From Eledone cirrhosa (lineage: Eukaryota), in NCBI GenBank assembly GCA_964016885.1, contig OZ024743.1, positions 286,688,001-286,752,000 of the forward strand: a stretch of DNA of 64,000 bases. Reading direction: 5' to 3'. The translations under genes and the position numbers were made by a program. Position 1 is the stretch's first letter, and each line of letters begins with the position of its first letter. The notes below the pieces were generated by a model, which saw nothing but the letters and a program-made list of their open reading frames with translations, had not been told where the DNA came from and searched no databases. Below, in pieces: positions 41,762-52,879 of the stretch.

Positions 41762-41831
41762 TATCAGTTTTAAAGTAGTGACATAGTCACTACTATAAAG
41801 TAGTGACTATGTCACTACTTTAAAACTGATA
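41762..41831. repeat. Nested palindrome
   Basis: 33-bp perfect arms, each containing its own hairpin agtagtgac-nnn-gtcactact. Confidence 0.9.
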
Positions 41832-41923
41832 GCGAATAGGCTTCTAAATGTTTTTAATTAAACATACAGTATATTGCCAAATATACTATACATACATTCA
41901 TATATATATATATATATGTATGT

Positions 41924-42135
41924 AAAAGGTAAACAAAAATAACAACACAATCAGTACAGTATATGGAAGGTATATATTAGGTTAACGCTTGATATAGCAG
42001 GAAGAGGGTCTTAACGTTTCGGAAGCTAGTCCTTCATCAGAAGAAAGAATGAGAAATAAAATAGATTGAGGGGACGGGCGGGATGGAATTGGAAAAAATG
42101 TCTTTAGATAAAAATAACAGGTCCATTCATGTTGA

Positions 42136-42138
<3 letters not shown>
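41924..42138 (-). mobile_element. Solo PLE pseudo-LTR-like module with minimal HHR (relatives at 521-590 and 31969-32177)
   Basis: Shared end aaaa(g)gtaaaca.aaata...taa(c/t)gcttga in three copies, all microsatellite-flanked. The HHR is intact here, decayed at 32052-32087 and absent in the truncated 521 copy. Confidence 0.7.
42009..42044 (-). ncRNA. Minimal type I hammerhead ribozyme
   Basis: Minus strand: TCTT-CTGATGA-aGGActagctTCC-GAAA-CGTT-AAGA. Palindromic AACGTT stem III typical of dimer-acting PLE hammerheads. Confidence 0.8.
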
Positions 42139-42230
<92 letters not shown>

Positions 42231-42421
42231 CAAAGGTATATATTGAGTTAAGAACTCAAAATAGTCTCTTACAACAAAATAGCTCTAAGAAAGAGATATC
42301 TCTGAGCCGTATATTATAATAGAATATAAAAGAAAAACGAATACAGATATATACATATAAGTGTTCAAATCGTAAGGGACCAGATTCACCTTAGCGAATC
42401 TGGTCCCTTACGATTTGAACA

Positions 42422-42456
<35 letters not shown>

Positions 42457-42836
42457 CTGTTTTACGTCCATTCTTCCACGCTAGCATGGGGTAGACGGGT
42501 TGTCCTGTTGTTGGCAGTATCCAGTCAGCTGACTTTCTGTTGCTCATACAGGAACTGATTCTGGCTTGATTTCTACAGCTTGATCCCCTTCCTAACAACA
42601 ACCACATTTACAGTGAGTGCTGGGTGCTTTTTTGCCGTGGTACCTCCACGACCACTTTGCAGTGGAATGATATGGACCCCAGTCCCTATCATCTCATTTC
42701 TACAGCTGAGTAAACTGGAGCAATGTGAAATAAAGTGTCTTGCTCAAGGAAACAACACATCACCCGGTCTGAGAATTGAACTCACAACCTTTCGATTGCA
42801 AACCCAATGCTCTAACCACTAAGCCATGTGCCTTCC
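42422..42836 (-). mobile_element. SINE family B, longer 3' variant
   Basis: Same head as the other copies; its 3' half is collinear with the RTE 3' UTR at 11685-11941. Confidence 0.9.
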
Positions 42837-43137
42837 ATATATGTATATATCTGTGTTCGTTTTTCTTTTATATTCTATTATAATATACAGCTCGGAAATA
42901 TCTCTTTCTTAGAGCTATTTTGTTGTAAGAGACTATTTTGAGTTCCTAACTCAATATATACCTTTGATATAATCGGCTCCGTTAATTTGTTGAGCTATTT
43001 CAAATGTCGAATAAACTTGGCTGCTATTTTTAGTGGTGTAAGTTTGTGAGACGCGCCAGGATGCCATGTGCGCTATTATATATATAGCACACTATTCAGT
43101 TTCTTAATATACTTAGAAGTGTCTAGGATACTAATTC

Positions 43138-43215
43138 ATCATCCATTGATGAGCTTGGATTGGTAATTCTATTCACAATTAACATTGCGAAACAATACCA
43201 AGTTGTCTGGGTGAT
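43138..43215 (+). ncRNA. Type I hammerhead ribozyme (C3U core variant)
   Basis: ATCATCCA-TTGATGA-GC...GC-GAAA-CAA taccaag TTGTC-TGGGTGAT. 8-bp stem I, GUC triplet. Confidence 0.72.
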
Positions 43216-43507
43216 TGGTAGTTACCACAATTCCGGTTTGTATTTATTTTCTTGATTTTTTCTTAAATTGAGACAAGAAAACCCAATTGTCTATAGTTAG
43301 TATTCTTTTCCCCTTAGCGAATCTGGTCCCTTACGATTTGAACACATATATGTGTTGAACACATATCTGTGTTCGTTTTTGTTTCATATTCTATTATAAT
43401 TACATATATATATATTTGTGTGTGTGTGTGTGTGTATGTATAGGTGTGTTTGATTAAAAGTGTAGATAAAGAAATAAGAAATAAAAGAATGAAAATGTTT
43501 TAAAAAC

Positions 43508-43628
43508 CTGAGGAGCCAGTGATATCCATTGCTTTCAAGTTCCGTGCTTTGATGATGGTAACTGTGAGGCGTCCTGCTGTGGGTAAGTAACACAATGACA
43601 TCATCAGTTCACCCAAATCAGCTTTTTC
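43508..43628 (-). CDS. Syt9: Synaptotagmin (Syt9-like, Syt3/5/6/9/10 group) exon, start of C2B domain
   Basis: Minus strand tttcag|GAA...TCAG|gtttt. The 121 bp are 40 codons plus 1 nt, encoding [40 protein letters not shown]. The phase-1 end joins G+AT (Asp) of the next exon. Not called in the ORF track. Confidence 0.93.
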
Positions 43629-44465
43629 CTGAAATATGGCGGAAACCTTAAAGATGTTTATATCTATTGTTCATTATGTAACCATGTCCCCACCAACAGC
43701 AAAAGAACAAACATGATAGTGTTGAAATGATGGTGATGGTGATGGTGATGGTGATGGTGATGATGACGATGCAGACATATGGAACCCCCATAGTTTTCAA
43801 CAATGAACATTCAGTTGTATAACTTGCGAATTAACATTTAAGTGGGTGAGTATTCCAAATACATGTGCACTCTTAACATAATTCTCAGTCTGAATCAGCA
43901 TGTCACAATATGTAATGAGGTTAAACTTTTGATACACAGGCAGGTACAATTCCTTTGATAGGTTTCCATACAATTGTTGTTTAGCTAATGTTACTTGCAA
44001 TGGTTGGGTCAACCCAAGGCTATGGCAAAGATTGTTACCCAAGCATCCAATGTGGTAGGATCAAATCCAGGATTTATGATTTCGTCACCCATTTCTTAAC
44101 CACTCAGCCCTGCCTACATTCACCGACATACTACAAAAGGTACACTAAATGGGCAAAATGACCATCTCTAGAATATGCTAATTCACACAGATATTTTCAA
44201 AGACTATCAAAAACCCAAAATGTCTCCTAAATGGTGTATCAATTCCAATGGATGACAATATATCTGAAAGAAATGGAGAACCAACCCAAATATAATGAGC
44301 CAGATGATAAAAAGGCTCCCAGTCCACACTGTAAATGTGGTTGGTGTTAGGAAGGGCTCGAACTGTAAAAAACCTGCCAGAGACACTTCCCAACCATTCC
44401 CGCATAATATGGAACAAAACCATCTAACCCATGCTAGCATGGAAGTTAAACGATGAAGATGATGA

Positions 44466-44501
<36 letters not shown>

Positions 44502-44541
44502 GATATTAAACAAATGGAAACTATATTTATAAAACCATATT

Positions 44542-44607
44542 TATTTTGTTATATATATTTCTGGGATATCATATTAAAAATATGTTATGCCTTCCTCAGA
44601 CAAAATA
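44542..44607 (-). ncRNA. Type I hammerhead ribozyme in the PLE 3' end
   Basis: Minus strand: TATTTTGT-CTGAGGA-[hairpin aggcataacatat...atatgatatccca]-GAAA-TATATATA-ACAAAATA. 8-bp stem I, AUA cleavage triplet, palindromic stem III. Confidence 0.85.
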
Positions 44608-45842
44608 CAATACATAAGCTGTTTTATAAATAATTAGTGACATACCTTTTGAGAATGCAACTTCCTTTTAAAAAAGTTGATTTGGTAGTGAAACTGTTAT
44701 GATAGTTATATAGAAAGAAAACGAAGATGAGAAGAAGAAGGTGAAGAGATGTATGTAAATAAAAAAGAAGAAGATGAAGAGATGTATGCAAAGAGAAAAG
44801 AGATGTATGTAAAGAAAAACAACGGAGCGAGATAGAGAGACAAGGATAGAGAGAAATACATTGATGGTGAAAAAAAAAACCTAGTAGGCTGCATTTTGAC
44901 AGATGATCATCGTATATGTGAGAGGTTAAGGGAAGGGATACAGTTAGATTAGTGTATAGGAGAAAAAGAAAGAAAGATGATATATTTAAAATATATTAAA
45001 AATATATTATGTCTCATCCATTTGAATTATCAATTTTTATGAATTAGGCACTATAATGTAAATACCAGTATTCATGAATGAGACACATATCTATAATGTG
45101 TAAAAAAAATGACCACATGCTCAGTTTAAAAATTCTTAGGTCTATAAGCAAAATCTGAGACAAAACTTCAAACATAAGTATATATGCATTCTCGTGAAAA
45201 ATGAGAAAAGAGAAGGTTATCTCAAATTCAAGTTGATAAATAAAGATGCACATGTGAACCTAGGTGATACGCTGCACTGATTCTTATATTTCATGAAAAA
45301 CTTCAATGTGTCAGAAAAGAAAAACTTCAATGCGTTAGAAGAGATTCCACCCTACATACATTTACATACATATATACATATATATATAGACACAAAACAT
45401 ATAAGATATACATTAACATCTAAAACAATCATCGATCAAGCATAGAGTAGACAACAGATATCAATATTAAAATTAAAAACGCCAAGACTATCTTCGTCAC
45501 TCCACAGAGTATCTAGGGACGCAAGAGAACATAGTATGCCACGCATATCGGTCATAGAATCAGAGTCAAAGCAAACAGGACCAAAATTGCTCACCAAGCC
45601 TTATTTATCAGAAATCATTCAAAACTTATTCTACAAATGCTCTTATATCATTATAGAAGTTTATCCAGCTTAAAAATTTATTCAAAAGATTGGGACCAAG
45701 GCCAAATTTAGGGTAGTTTATTTAATCTCATTAATTATATATTCATGCGGAAAGGTTTTAAAAAAAATTAAAGGAATCAAAAGATTTATCGCCAAGTATC
45801 ACAAATAGTCAAATATCTTAAGTAAATATACTACATTTTATA

Positions 45843-48068
45843 CTACATTTTAAATTTATATTTATATTTAAATGTTGAGTTCAATCTATGTCTGCAACAA
45901 CTGAATAAATTGGTTCGTAAATTAAGGGAATTTTTAGATTTTAATATAAAGAATATCTCCTCCGCGCAGAGGTCACAAGTCTCAGAAGAGGAATTAAAAG
46001 GAATCCCTTTTGAGACTATATTCCAAACCATCGAATATCCAACTTTATCATGCTTAAGTTGCCAGAGAAGCCCTGACAGCGATGTTGATGATTTTTTATT
46101 TGGATCCGTGAAAGAATTTTTGTGATTATTATAGTGAAGTTTAAATTCTGTCGAGGTGGAACCAACATAATTAAAAGAATTTAAATCAGTTCTAACATTA
46201 CAGTTGTATATTATATTTTTAACTAAGCAATTGTTATTTAGCGGACATTTAGATCTATCTCTACAGTTACAGTTTTTTAGTTGAATATTGTTTAGGCTAT
46301 TTTCGGTATTTTGGCTAGGTTTTAGATTCCTATTATTTATTCTATTAATATTTTGTGCTAAGTTTTTGGTGGACGAGTACATTAATTTTATAGTATGTCT
46401 ATTAAAAATTGAGTGATACTTATGTGTTCTAGGGAAGCGTTTGTCAAGAGCATTAAAAAATAGTTTAGCGATGTGGGTTTTAATGTTTAGTGAGAAAGGG
46501 GGGGCAAACCATATTATATTTCTAGTTCTATTTCTTTTCTGATTTTTGAAATTATTGTAGTGCTTTCTATTATAGTTGTTAAAGTTGTTACTGTAATTAA
46601 AATTGTTGTTATTTTGGTTAGTTTGTCTATTATCGATGTACATAATTTTATCACTATATCCTGCTCTAGCTAAAGCATCATTATAATATTGGGCTTTTTC
46701 GTCAAAAATATTTTTATTGGAAGAGATTCTAGAGATACGTTTTTGAACAGAGTTTACTATAGTATTTTTGACAGATCTGGGGTGATTGGAGCTAAAATTT
46801 ACATAATTTAAGTTTTCATTTAACTTGTGAAATGGATAGTGAAGACATGTGTTGAGATTAAATGTTACGTCTAGGAAATTGACTATTCTATGGTTATTCT
46901 CAATTTCTATTTTTAGATTAAGGTAATTAAAAAATTGTATAATTTGTTTTCTTTTCTTATTTAGTTCAGAGTTATTATTTTCAATAAGTAAAAGCATGTC
47001 ATCTCTATATAAACCTCCGGTAACACCGGGTATTTTCCTATGCAGCGAATTAATTATAAATAGGCCCACAAGGTCCGTTACCTGAGCTGAGTCTGATGAT
47101 CCCATAGTAATGTCAAAATTATTATCTCTATCTGCTCTAGTCCATAGTTGGTTATTAAATTCTATCAAAGTTTTCCTTGCCGATAATATAATGTGCATTT
47201 CATTGCTAGTTAGGTCTGTATGCTTGAATGCGTAATTTAGTGCCTTATTAAGTAGATTAGGGGTAATGGATGAATAGTAGTTAGCAATATCTAGTTGAAT
47301 AAATTTATTATTATTGTTATATTTAATTTCATTAAACCACTCAATGACCTCCCCAGTACCCTTCCACAAGGTCAAGCCAGGTAAACAATTCAAGTCCTTA
47401 ATTTGCTGTATCACTCTGTCTAGAATGTTCTTGCTAAGTTTACCCAGGTCAGATTTTGATGGTGCAATCAACCTGACTGGCAAGTCATTTTCAAAATTTC
47501 TCTTGTGATCTTTCATATTGATCTTGGGTTTCCTAGGCACGAAAGGTTGTGTTTTGTTCTCAATTTCCAACTCATGCATTATACATGATGCCTCAACATT
47601 CATTTTCTCAAGTTCAGCCTTATCTGCTACCTTGTACTTTTTCCTTAGTTCTTTCAGTATGAGGCCATTATACATGTCTTTTTCCACTCCATAGAGGTTG
47701 TTGGTTTTGTCCGATTTCACCAAGATCTTCTCTGTTCTCTCTAAGCTCGCAATGTTATCCTTAATGCTTTTCAGATATTCCTGGCCATTGAAGCTTCTCT
47801 TGAATCTGACTCCTTGTATGATAGAAATTATATCGTTTTCAAAATCATTCAAAAGTTTGTTGGGGGGTGGATTTTTTTTAGATTTGAAGACTCTGTCTAG
47901 GTCTGAGGCATTTTCATTTACGTTAGATTTAGATTTATCAAAGTGGAATGCACGCCACCTGACTCTCCTTATAAAGGAGTCTGATTTATCTATTAGTTGT
48001 TTAATAAAGTCCTTGTTTCTAGGTAGAGGTATGTCTTTTAGAGAAGAAGAGATCTTAAAGAATTCCAT
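45843..48068 (-). CDS. PLE reverse transcriptase with C-terminal GIY-YIG endonuclease (741 aa, no stops)
   Basis: RT motifs KSDKTNN (DKG-like), QLDIANYYSSI, ITMGSSDSAQ, GLYRDD, VNFLDVTF and SNHP. Linker CNC-x5-CPLxxxC; endonuclease IIY...YVGST, CDLC and CCRH. Confidence 0.93.
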   Translation of the reverse strand: MEFFKISSSLKDIPLPRNKDFIKQLIDKSDSFIRRVRWRAFHFDKSKSNVNENASDLDRVFKSKKNPPPNKLLNDFENDIISIIQGVRFKRSFNGQEYLKSIKDNIASLERTEKILVKSDKTNNLYGVEKDMYNGLILKELRKKYKVADKAELEKMNVEASCIMHELEIENKTQPFVPRKPKINMKDHKRNFENDLPVRLIAPSKSDLGKLSKNILDRVIQQIKDLNCLPGLTLWKGTGEVIEWFNEIKYNNNNKFIQLDIANYYSSITPNLLNKALNYAFKHTDLTSNEMHIILSARKTLIEFNNQLWTRADRDNNFDITMGSSDSAQVTDLVGLFIINSLHRKIPGVTGGLYRDDMLLLIENNNSELNKKRKQIIQFFNYLNLKIEIENNHRIVNFLDVTFNLNTCLHYPFHKLNENLNYVNFSSNHPRSVKNTIVNSVQKRISRISSNKNIFDEKAQYYNDALARAGYSDKIMYIDNRQTNQNNNNFNYSNNFNNYNRKHYNNFKNQKRNRTRNIIWFAPPFSLNIKTHIAKLFFNALDKRFPRTHKYHSIFNRHTIKLMYSSTKNLAQNINRINNRNLKPSQNTENSLNNIQLKNCNCRDRSKCPLNNNCLVKNIIYNCNVRTDLNSFNYVGSTSTEFKLHYNNHKNSFTDPNKKSSTSLSGLLWQLKHDKVGYSMVWNIVSKGIPFNSSSETCDLCAEEIFFILKSKNSLNLRTNLFSCCRHRLNSTFKYKYKFKM

Positions 48069-48097
48069 TTTTTATATATATATATATATATTTATGT

Positions 48098-50049
48098 ATG
48101 CCCTAGATAGGAGTAACTATAGAGGCATTAAATTAATCAACCAGGTCATGAAGGTCACGGAAAAAATAATAGCGCAACTAATCAGAGAGAGAATTGGTCT
48201 AGATGAAATGCAGTTCGGGTTTGTGTCAGGCAAAAGTACCACAGACGCTCTTTTCATTGTACGACAACTACAGGAGAAGTACCTAGCTAAAAGTAAACCC
48301 CTATACTTAGCTTTTGTCGACTTGGAGAAAGCCTTCGACAGAGTCTCCCGTTCCATTATCTGGTGGGCTCTTAGAAAACTAGGTGTTGACGAATGGCTTG
48401 TGAGAGCTATACAAGCCATGTATAAAGAAACAGTCAGCAAGGTTAGAATTAACAATGAATATAGTGAAGAGTTTAGCGTAAAAGTTGGTGTCCATCAGGG
48501 CTCTGTTCTTAGCCCCCTACTATTTATTATTGCCGTTCAGGCTATAACAGAGGAGTTCAAGACCGGCTGCCCATGGGAACTCCTATACGCAGATGACCTA
48601 ACACTCATAGCTGAATCAATGGCCGAGCTAGAGAAGAAATTCCAAACATGGAAGCACGGCCTAGAATCAAAAGGCCTTAAAATTAACCTGGCTAAGACTA
48701 AAGTTCTAGTTTGTAAGAAAGAAAATAAGGTAGCGGTCCCTTCCGGGAAGTGGCCATGCTCAGTGTGTAGGAAAGGCGTAGGTAGAAACTCCATTTTATG
48801 TCCCAAATGCAAAGTATGGGTGCATAAAAGATGTAGTGGGATCGCAGGTAAGCTAACTAAGAACATAGATTTTACATGTGGCCGGTGCTCTGGTGCAATA
48901 AGTAGCAGCAAGTGCCCACAGAATACTAGCTCTTTCAACTGCGCAGAGGGTTCTATAGAAATAGTGGACAGCTTCCGTTACCTGGGTGACAAAATCAGCA
49001 GTGGGGGAGGGTGCTCTGAAAGTACAGTAGCTAGAGTCAGAACTGGATGGAAAAAGTTCAGAGAGCTTATACCACTACTAGCCGCTAAAGTGTTCTCCCT
49101 AAAAATGAAAGGCAGGTTGTATGATGCCTGCATACGAACAGCAATGTTGCATGGCAGTGAGACCTGGGCATGGTGTGCAGAGGATATACGCAGACTAGAG
49201 AGGAACGAAGCTTGCATGCTCCGCTGGATGTGTAATAGTAATATACGTGAACGGCAAAGAATAAACGAACTAAGGAAAAAATTAGAAATAAGAGGGATCA
49301 GATGTTGTTTACTCGAGAGAAGGCTACGTTGGTATGGTCACGTGATGCGCATGAAAGACGATAGCTGTATAATAAAGTGCAGGGCAATAAAGATAGACGG
49401 TAGCCACGGAGTAGGCAGACCCAGAAAAACCTGGGACGAGCTGATAAATTCCGACCTCACACACTTACACCTCTCCAAGACAATGTCACTGGACCGAGAC
49501 CTTTGGCGGTACTCAGTAATAGAGAAGACCCGCCTTACCTAAATACAAAGTAAAACCTACTACAGTCAGTAGGCATCTCTAACAAAATACACCCCCGTCC
49601 CACTACCCCCACCCTATCCACACCGCCCCTTTCAATGTAAAGTTATGTTGGTGCCACAACATCCAGGCCGAAACAAATGAGATCGTGTAGGTGTCACGAC
49701 AAAAAAACACACAGTCCATGCTGTAATGTGGCCGTGTAGGCAACACGGTAAAAACCTCCCAGCCCCACACTGTAAATGTGGTTGGTGTTAGGAAGGGCAT
49801 CCAGCTGTAGAAAACCCGCCAGACAGTCCACGCTGTAATGTGGCCGTGTAGGCAACACAGTAAAAACCTCCCAGCCCCACACTGTAAATGTGGTTGGTGT
49901 TAGGAAGGGCATCCAGCTGTAGAAAACCCGCCAGACAGTCCTATGCGAGCAAGACAATCACTCTTGCCTCAAGTGGGAAAACCCCCGTCCAAACCCATGC
50001 AAGCGTGGAACACGGACGTTAAACGTTGATGATGATGATGATGATGATG
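48098..50049 (+). mobile_element. 5'-truncated RTE LINE (RT to 3' UTR, (GAT)n tail)
   Basis: Open frame from ALDRSNYRGIKL to the stop at 49542, highly similar to the 56588 copy. 112-bp tandem duplication in the 3' UTR at about 49711-49941. Confidence 0.92.
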
Positions 50050-50937
50050 TATGTATATACACATTTACAGTGAGTACTGGGTGCTTTTTGTCATGTTGCC
50101 ATCACGACCACTTTACAGTGTGTGTGTTAATTGCAGAATTAGTTCCATAATTATGGTGAACATGAATAGAAAATAGAGAATAGAAAATAGAAAATAGACG
50201 ACTGATTTGATTCAGGGATGGCCTGCGAATTCATTGTCATTGTAACAGCAAACCATCCCTGAATGTCGAATGTTGCACAAACACATCAATGGTAAGCATT
50301 ATAGGCTGGTAGGCATGATGGAGGGGATTGGGGCTGCTAGTTGGTGACAGGAATTCTACTGTCCTTAGAAAATACAATTCATTAATCACAACCAAGGATT
50401 CCACTGCCACAGATGTCATGGGGTATTAAACTCTGCGCCATTAGACATTGACCGTAAACCAGCATAGTGTGCCAATGGAAACTTAACAGGTTAAATTTCT
50501 ATAGAGGCATACAGACCTATATAAATTGTATAAAATAATAAAAAGTAATAAAAACAAAAATAAAAGTTATAAAGAGATATAAAAACGAATTATAAAGGTT
50601 ACAAGATTGCAAGAATTATGAGAATTATAAGATTAAAAATTTTTATAAAAATTAAAAAGTTTACAAAAAATTATAAAAATTATATGTGAATTTTATGTTA
50701 AATAAATTAAGAAATTGAATTAGAAAGAATAAAACAAAGGTGGTTAATTTTAATCCTAATGTAAAAGATTCTCTAAAGTAAATTACTGAACGATAAAGGG
50801 GTAGTCAAAACAATTTTGTGCGTATATATATTTATATATATATATGTGTTTGCATTGAGAACGAAAATGTCTGATGTATCAGAAGAAAATAGGTTACTAG
50901 TGACTAAGTATATTAAAATAATGAAGGGAGGGTAACA

Positions 50938-51370
50938 TTCTTCTTCTTCATTCTGAGAGGGTCGTGGGGGAAGAGTCCTCAAACACTCCTTCCAGCGGGT
51001 CTTGTCAGAAGCAACCCTCTCCGACTGATCTGGCTGGATCTCGAAGTAAGACCAGCCAAGTTCATGGATATTTTCCAGTAATCTAGCTTGATGTCTACAC
51101 CTGGGTTTCCTGTTGGTTGGTTTTGTCCAGCGATTCTTTCCTGAGCCATTCTAACCACATGTCCATAGTATCAGAGCTGCGATCTCCCAATTCAAAGAAG
51201 TAGCAGCTCTACTTGGAGTGACTCTCTGATCTCAGAGCTATGCACTCTATCAAGTAACATCATTCCAAAGACCCTTTGGAGGAATGTCATTTCAGTGACT
51301 TGTATTCGCGATCGTATTTTCAGTCATTACCCAAGTTTCATGACCATAGGTAAGGGTTGGCACAAATACT
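50938..51370 (-). mobile_element. RTE family 2 3' end
   Basis: Aligns along its length with 37340-37790 (gagggtc.tg.ggg.agagtc.tcaaacactccttccag...). Confidence 0.75.
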
Positions 51371-52149
51371 GGGGAAAATTAATTAATTAATCAATCAATT
51401 AATTCCAAGCACTCAAGGTATAGAACCAAAGTTTGTTTGACCTGTGCATTATTCAGAGGACTACCTGCGGTCGGTTGATAGCTCAATGCACATCACACAA
51501 CGCTCACAATACTGATGAAAATATTATAATGATAGGTAACATATTACATATTCTTATTTACCTCCATGGCATGGTAAATTAAATAGTAGAGGTAACTAAT
51601 TATATATAGCTATACATAGGTAGAAAATGCAGTTGCATAGTTGAAGGTATAACTGAAATTAATGTTAAATTAAATTAAATCTGCAGCTATTATTGAATAG
51701 AGGCATTGTTGAATATTATATTGTATATGGAATGTACTATGTAGTATAATATAGGATGTAATCTAATGCAATTAATAATGTGAGGTATGAAAATATAAAA
51801 ATATAAAGAAATAGTAATGAAATAATAAAATAATATAATTATATATTGATATAAATATTAACAAAAGATATAAGAATAAGATGTTGGTGTAGTTAAAATA
51901 CTAGACTAAAAGTTCAAAACAACAATTTAAAGTGAAAAATTGAAATAGAATAACAATTTTTCACTTTAACTGATATATAAAGAAAATTTCATGACTTACA
52001 CATCACACAAAGTATATCACTGAATACATATACAGTATACTTTTAATTCAATAGAAAAATGCAGAAACAAAACAAAACAAGATATTTGGAAGACATTTGG
52101 TTGGGCAGTAAAAATATATTCAAATTAACACAACAATAATAGTAATGAT

Positions 52150-52630
52150 GATATTATTATTATTTTTTTTAATACTTGATGTCTCATTCACTGATGTTAT
52201 TCAACTGGAATAATTGCCTAATGAATATCAAACTGCTACCTGCAGCTTCAGATATTCAGGATGTATTGGAGGGCCCTTGCTGTTCCAAGCAGGCATGCCT
52301 TTTGAAGTGCTGATGGTCTTTATCCAGCCTTGGAAACTCTTCGAGATAGTACCTAGTGCTCCCATGATGATGAGGACGACCTTGATCTCATGACAGTTCC
52401 AAATTCTTTTCAGTTCCCATTTCATGTCCTGGTACTGACTCATTTTCCCCTCCCCTTTTCCTGTACTCTTGTGTTGAAGGGGCAAGCTACATCTATAATC
52501 AAGCACAATCTTTTTTTTTTGTCGAAAACCACCAGGTCAGGCTTATTGTGTTCTAATTCTTTAATAGTTTGTATTCTGAAATCCTATAACACCTTCACCC
52601 AGTCGTTTTCCATCACCTCAGCGTGAGGTA
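52150..52630 (-). mobile_element. R4/Dong-type (RLE) LINE 3' end
   Basis: ENDWVKVL*DFRIQT...HNKPDLVV...IDVACP...YQDMKWELKRIW...IMGALG. Confidence 0.8.
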
Positions 52631-52634
52631 AATC

Positions 52635-52870
<236 letters not shown>

Positions 52871-52879
52871 GTGGCCACT

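Larger units (their letters stand above)
42229..43403 (+). mobile_element. Non-autonomous PLE/retrozyme-like module (inverted plus partial tandem), interrupted by a SINE
   Basis: 42229-42387 is inverted relative to 42396-42423 plus 42837-42969. The unit start ccttagcgaatctggtcc at 42389 recurs at 43312, giving a monomer of about 510 bp without the SINE. HHR at 43138. Confidence 0.75.
44501..48073 (-). mobile_element. Penelope-like retroelement, apparently full-length, inserted in (TA)n
   Basis: Bounded by (TA)n at about 44468-44500 and 48073-48090. Single RT + GIY-YIG ORF, about 1.3 kb of 3' non-coding region, and a same-strand hammerhead overlapping AATAAA near the 3' end. Confidence 0.9.

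Noticed and set aside
45843-48068. Selenoprotein-type (Naiad) Penelope
   Set aside because: There is no in-frame TGA and the endonuclease is C-terminal, whereas Naiads have an N-terminal endonuclease.
47698-49542. 614-aa plus-strand ORF as a single gene or fusion protein
   Set aside because: The first 130 aa or so are the antisense of the Penelope ORF plus a (TA)n tract that happens to be in frame with a 5'-truncated RTE starting at about 48098.
51463-51489. ALSYQPTAG resembling an alternative synaptotagmin C2B exon
   Set aside because: There is an in-frame stop two codons upstream and no continuing similarity; the true exon is at 43508-43628.
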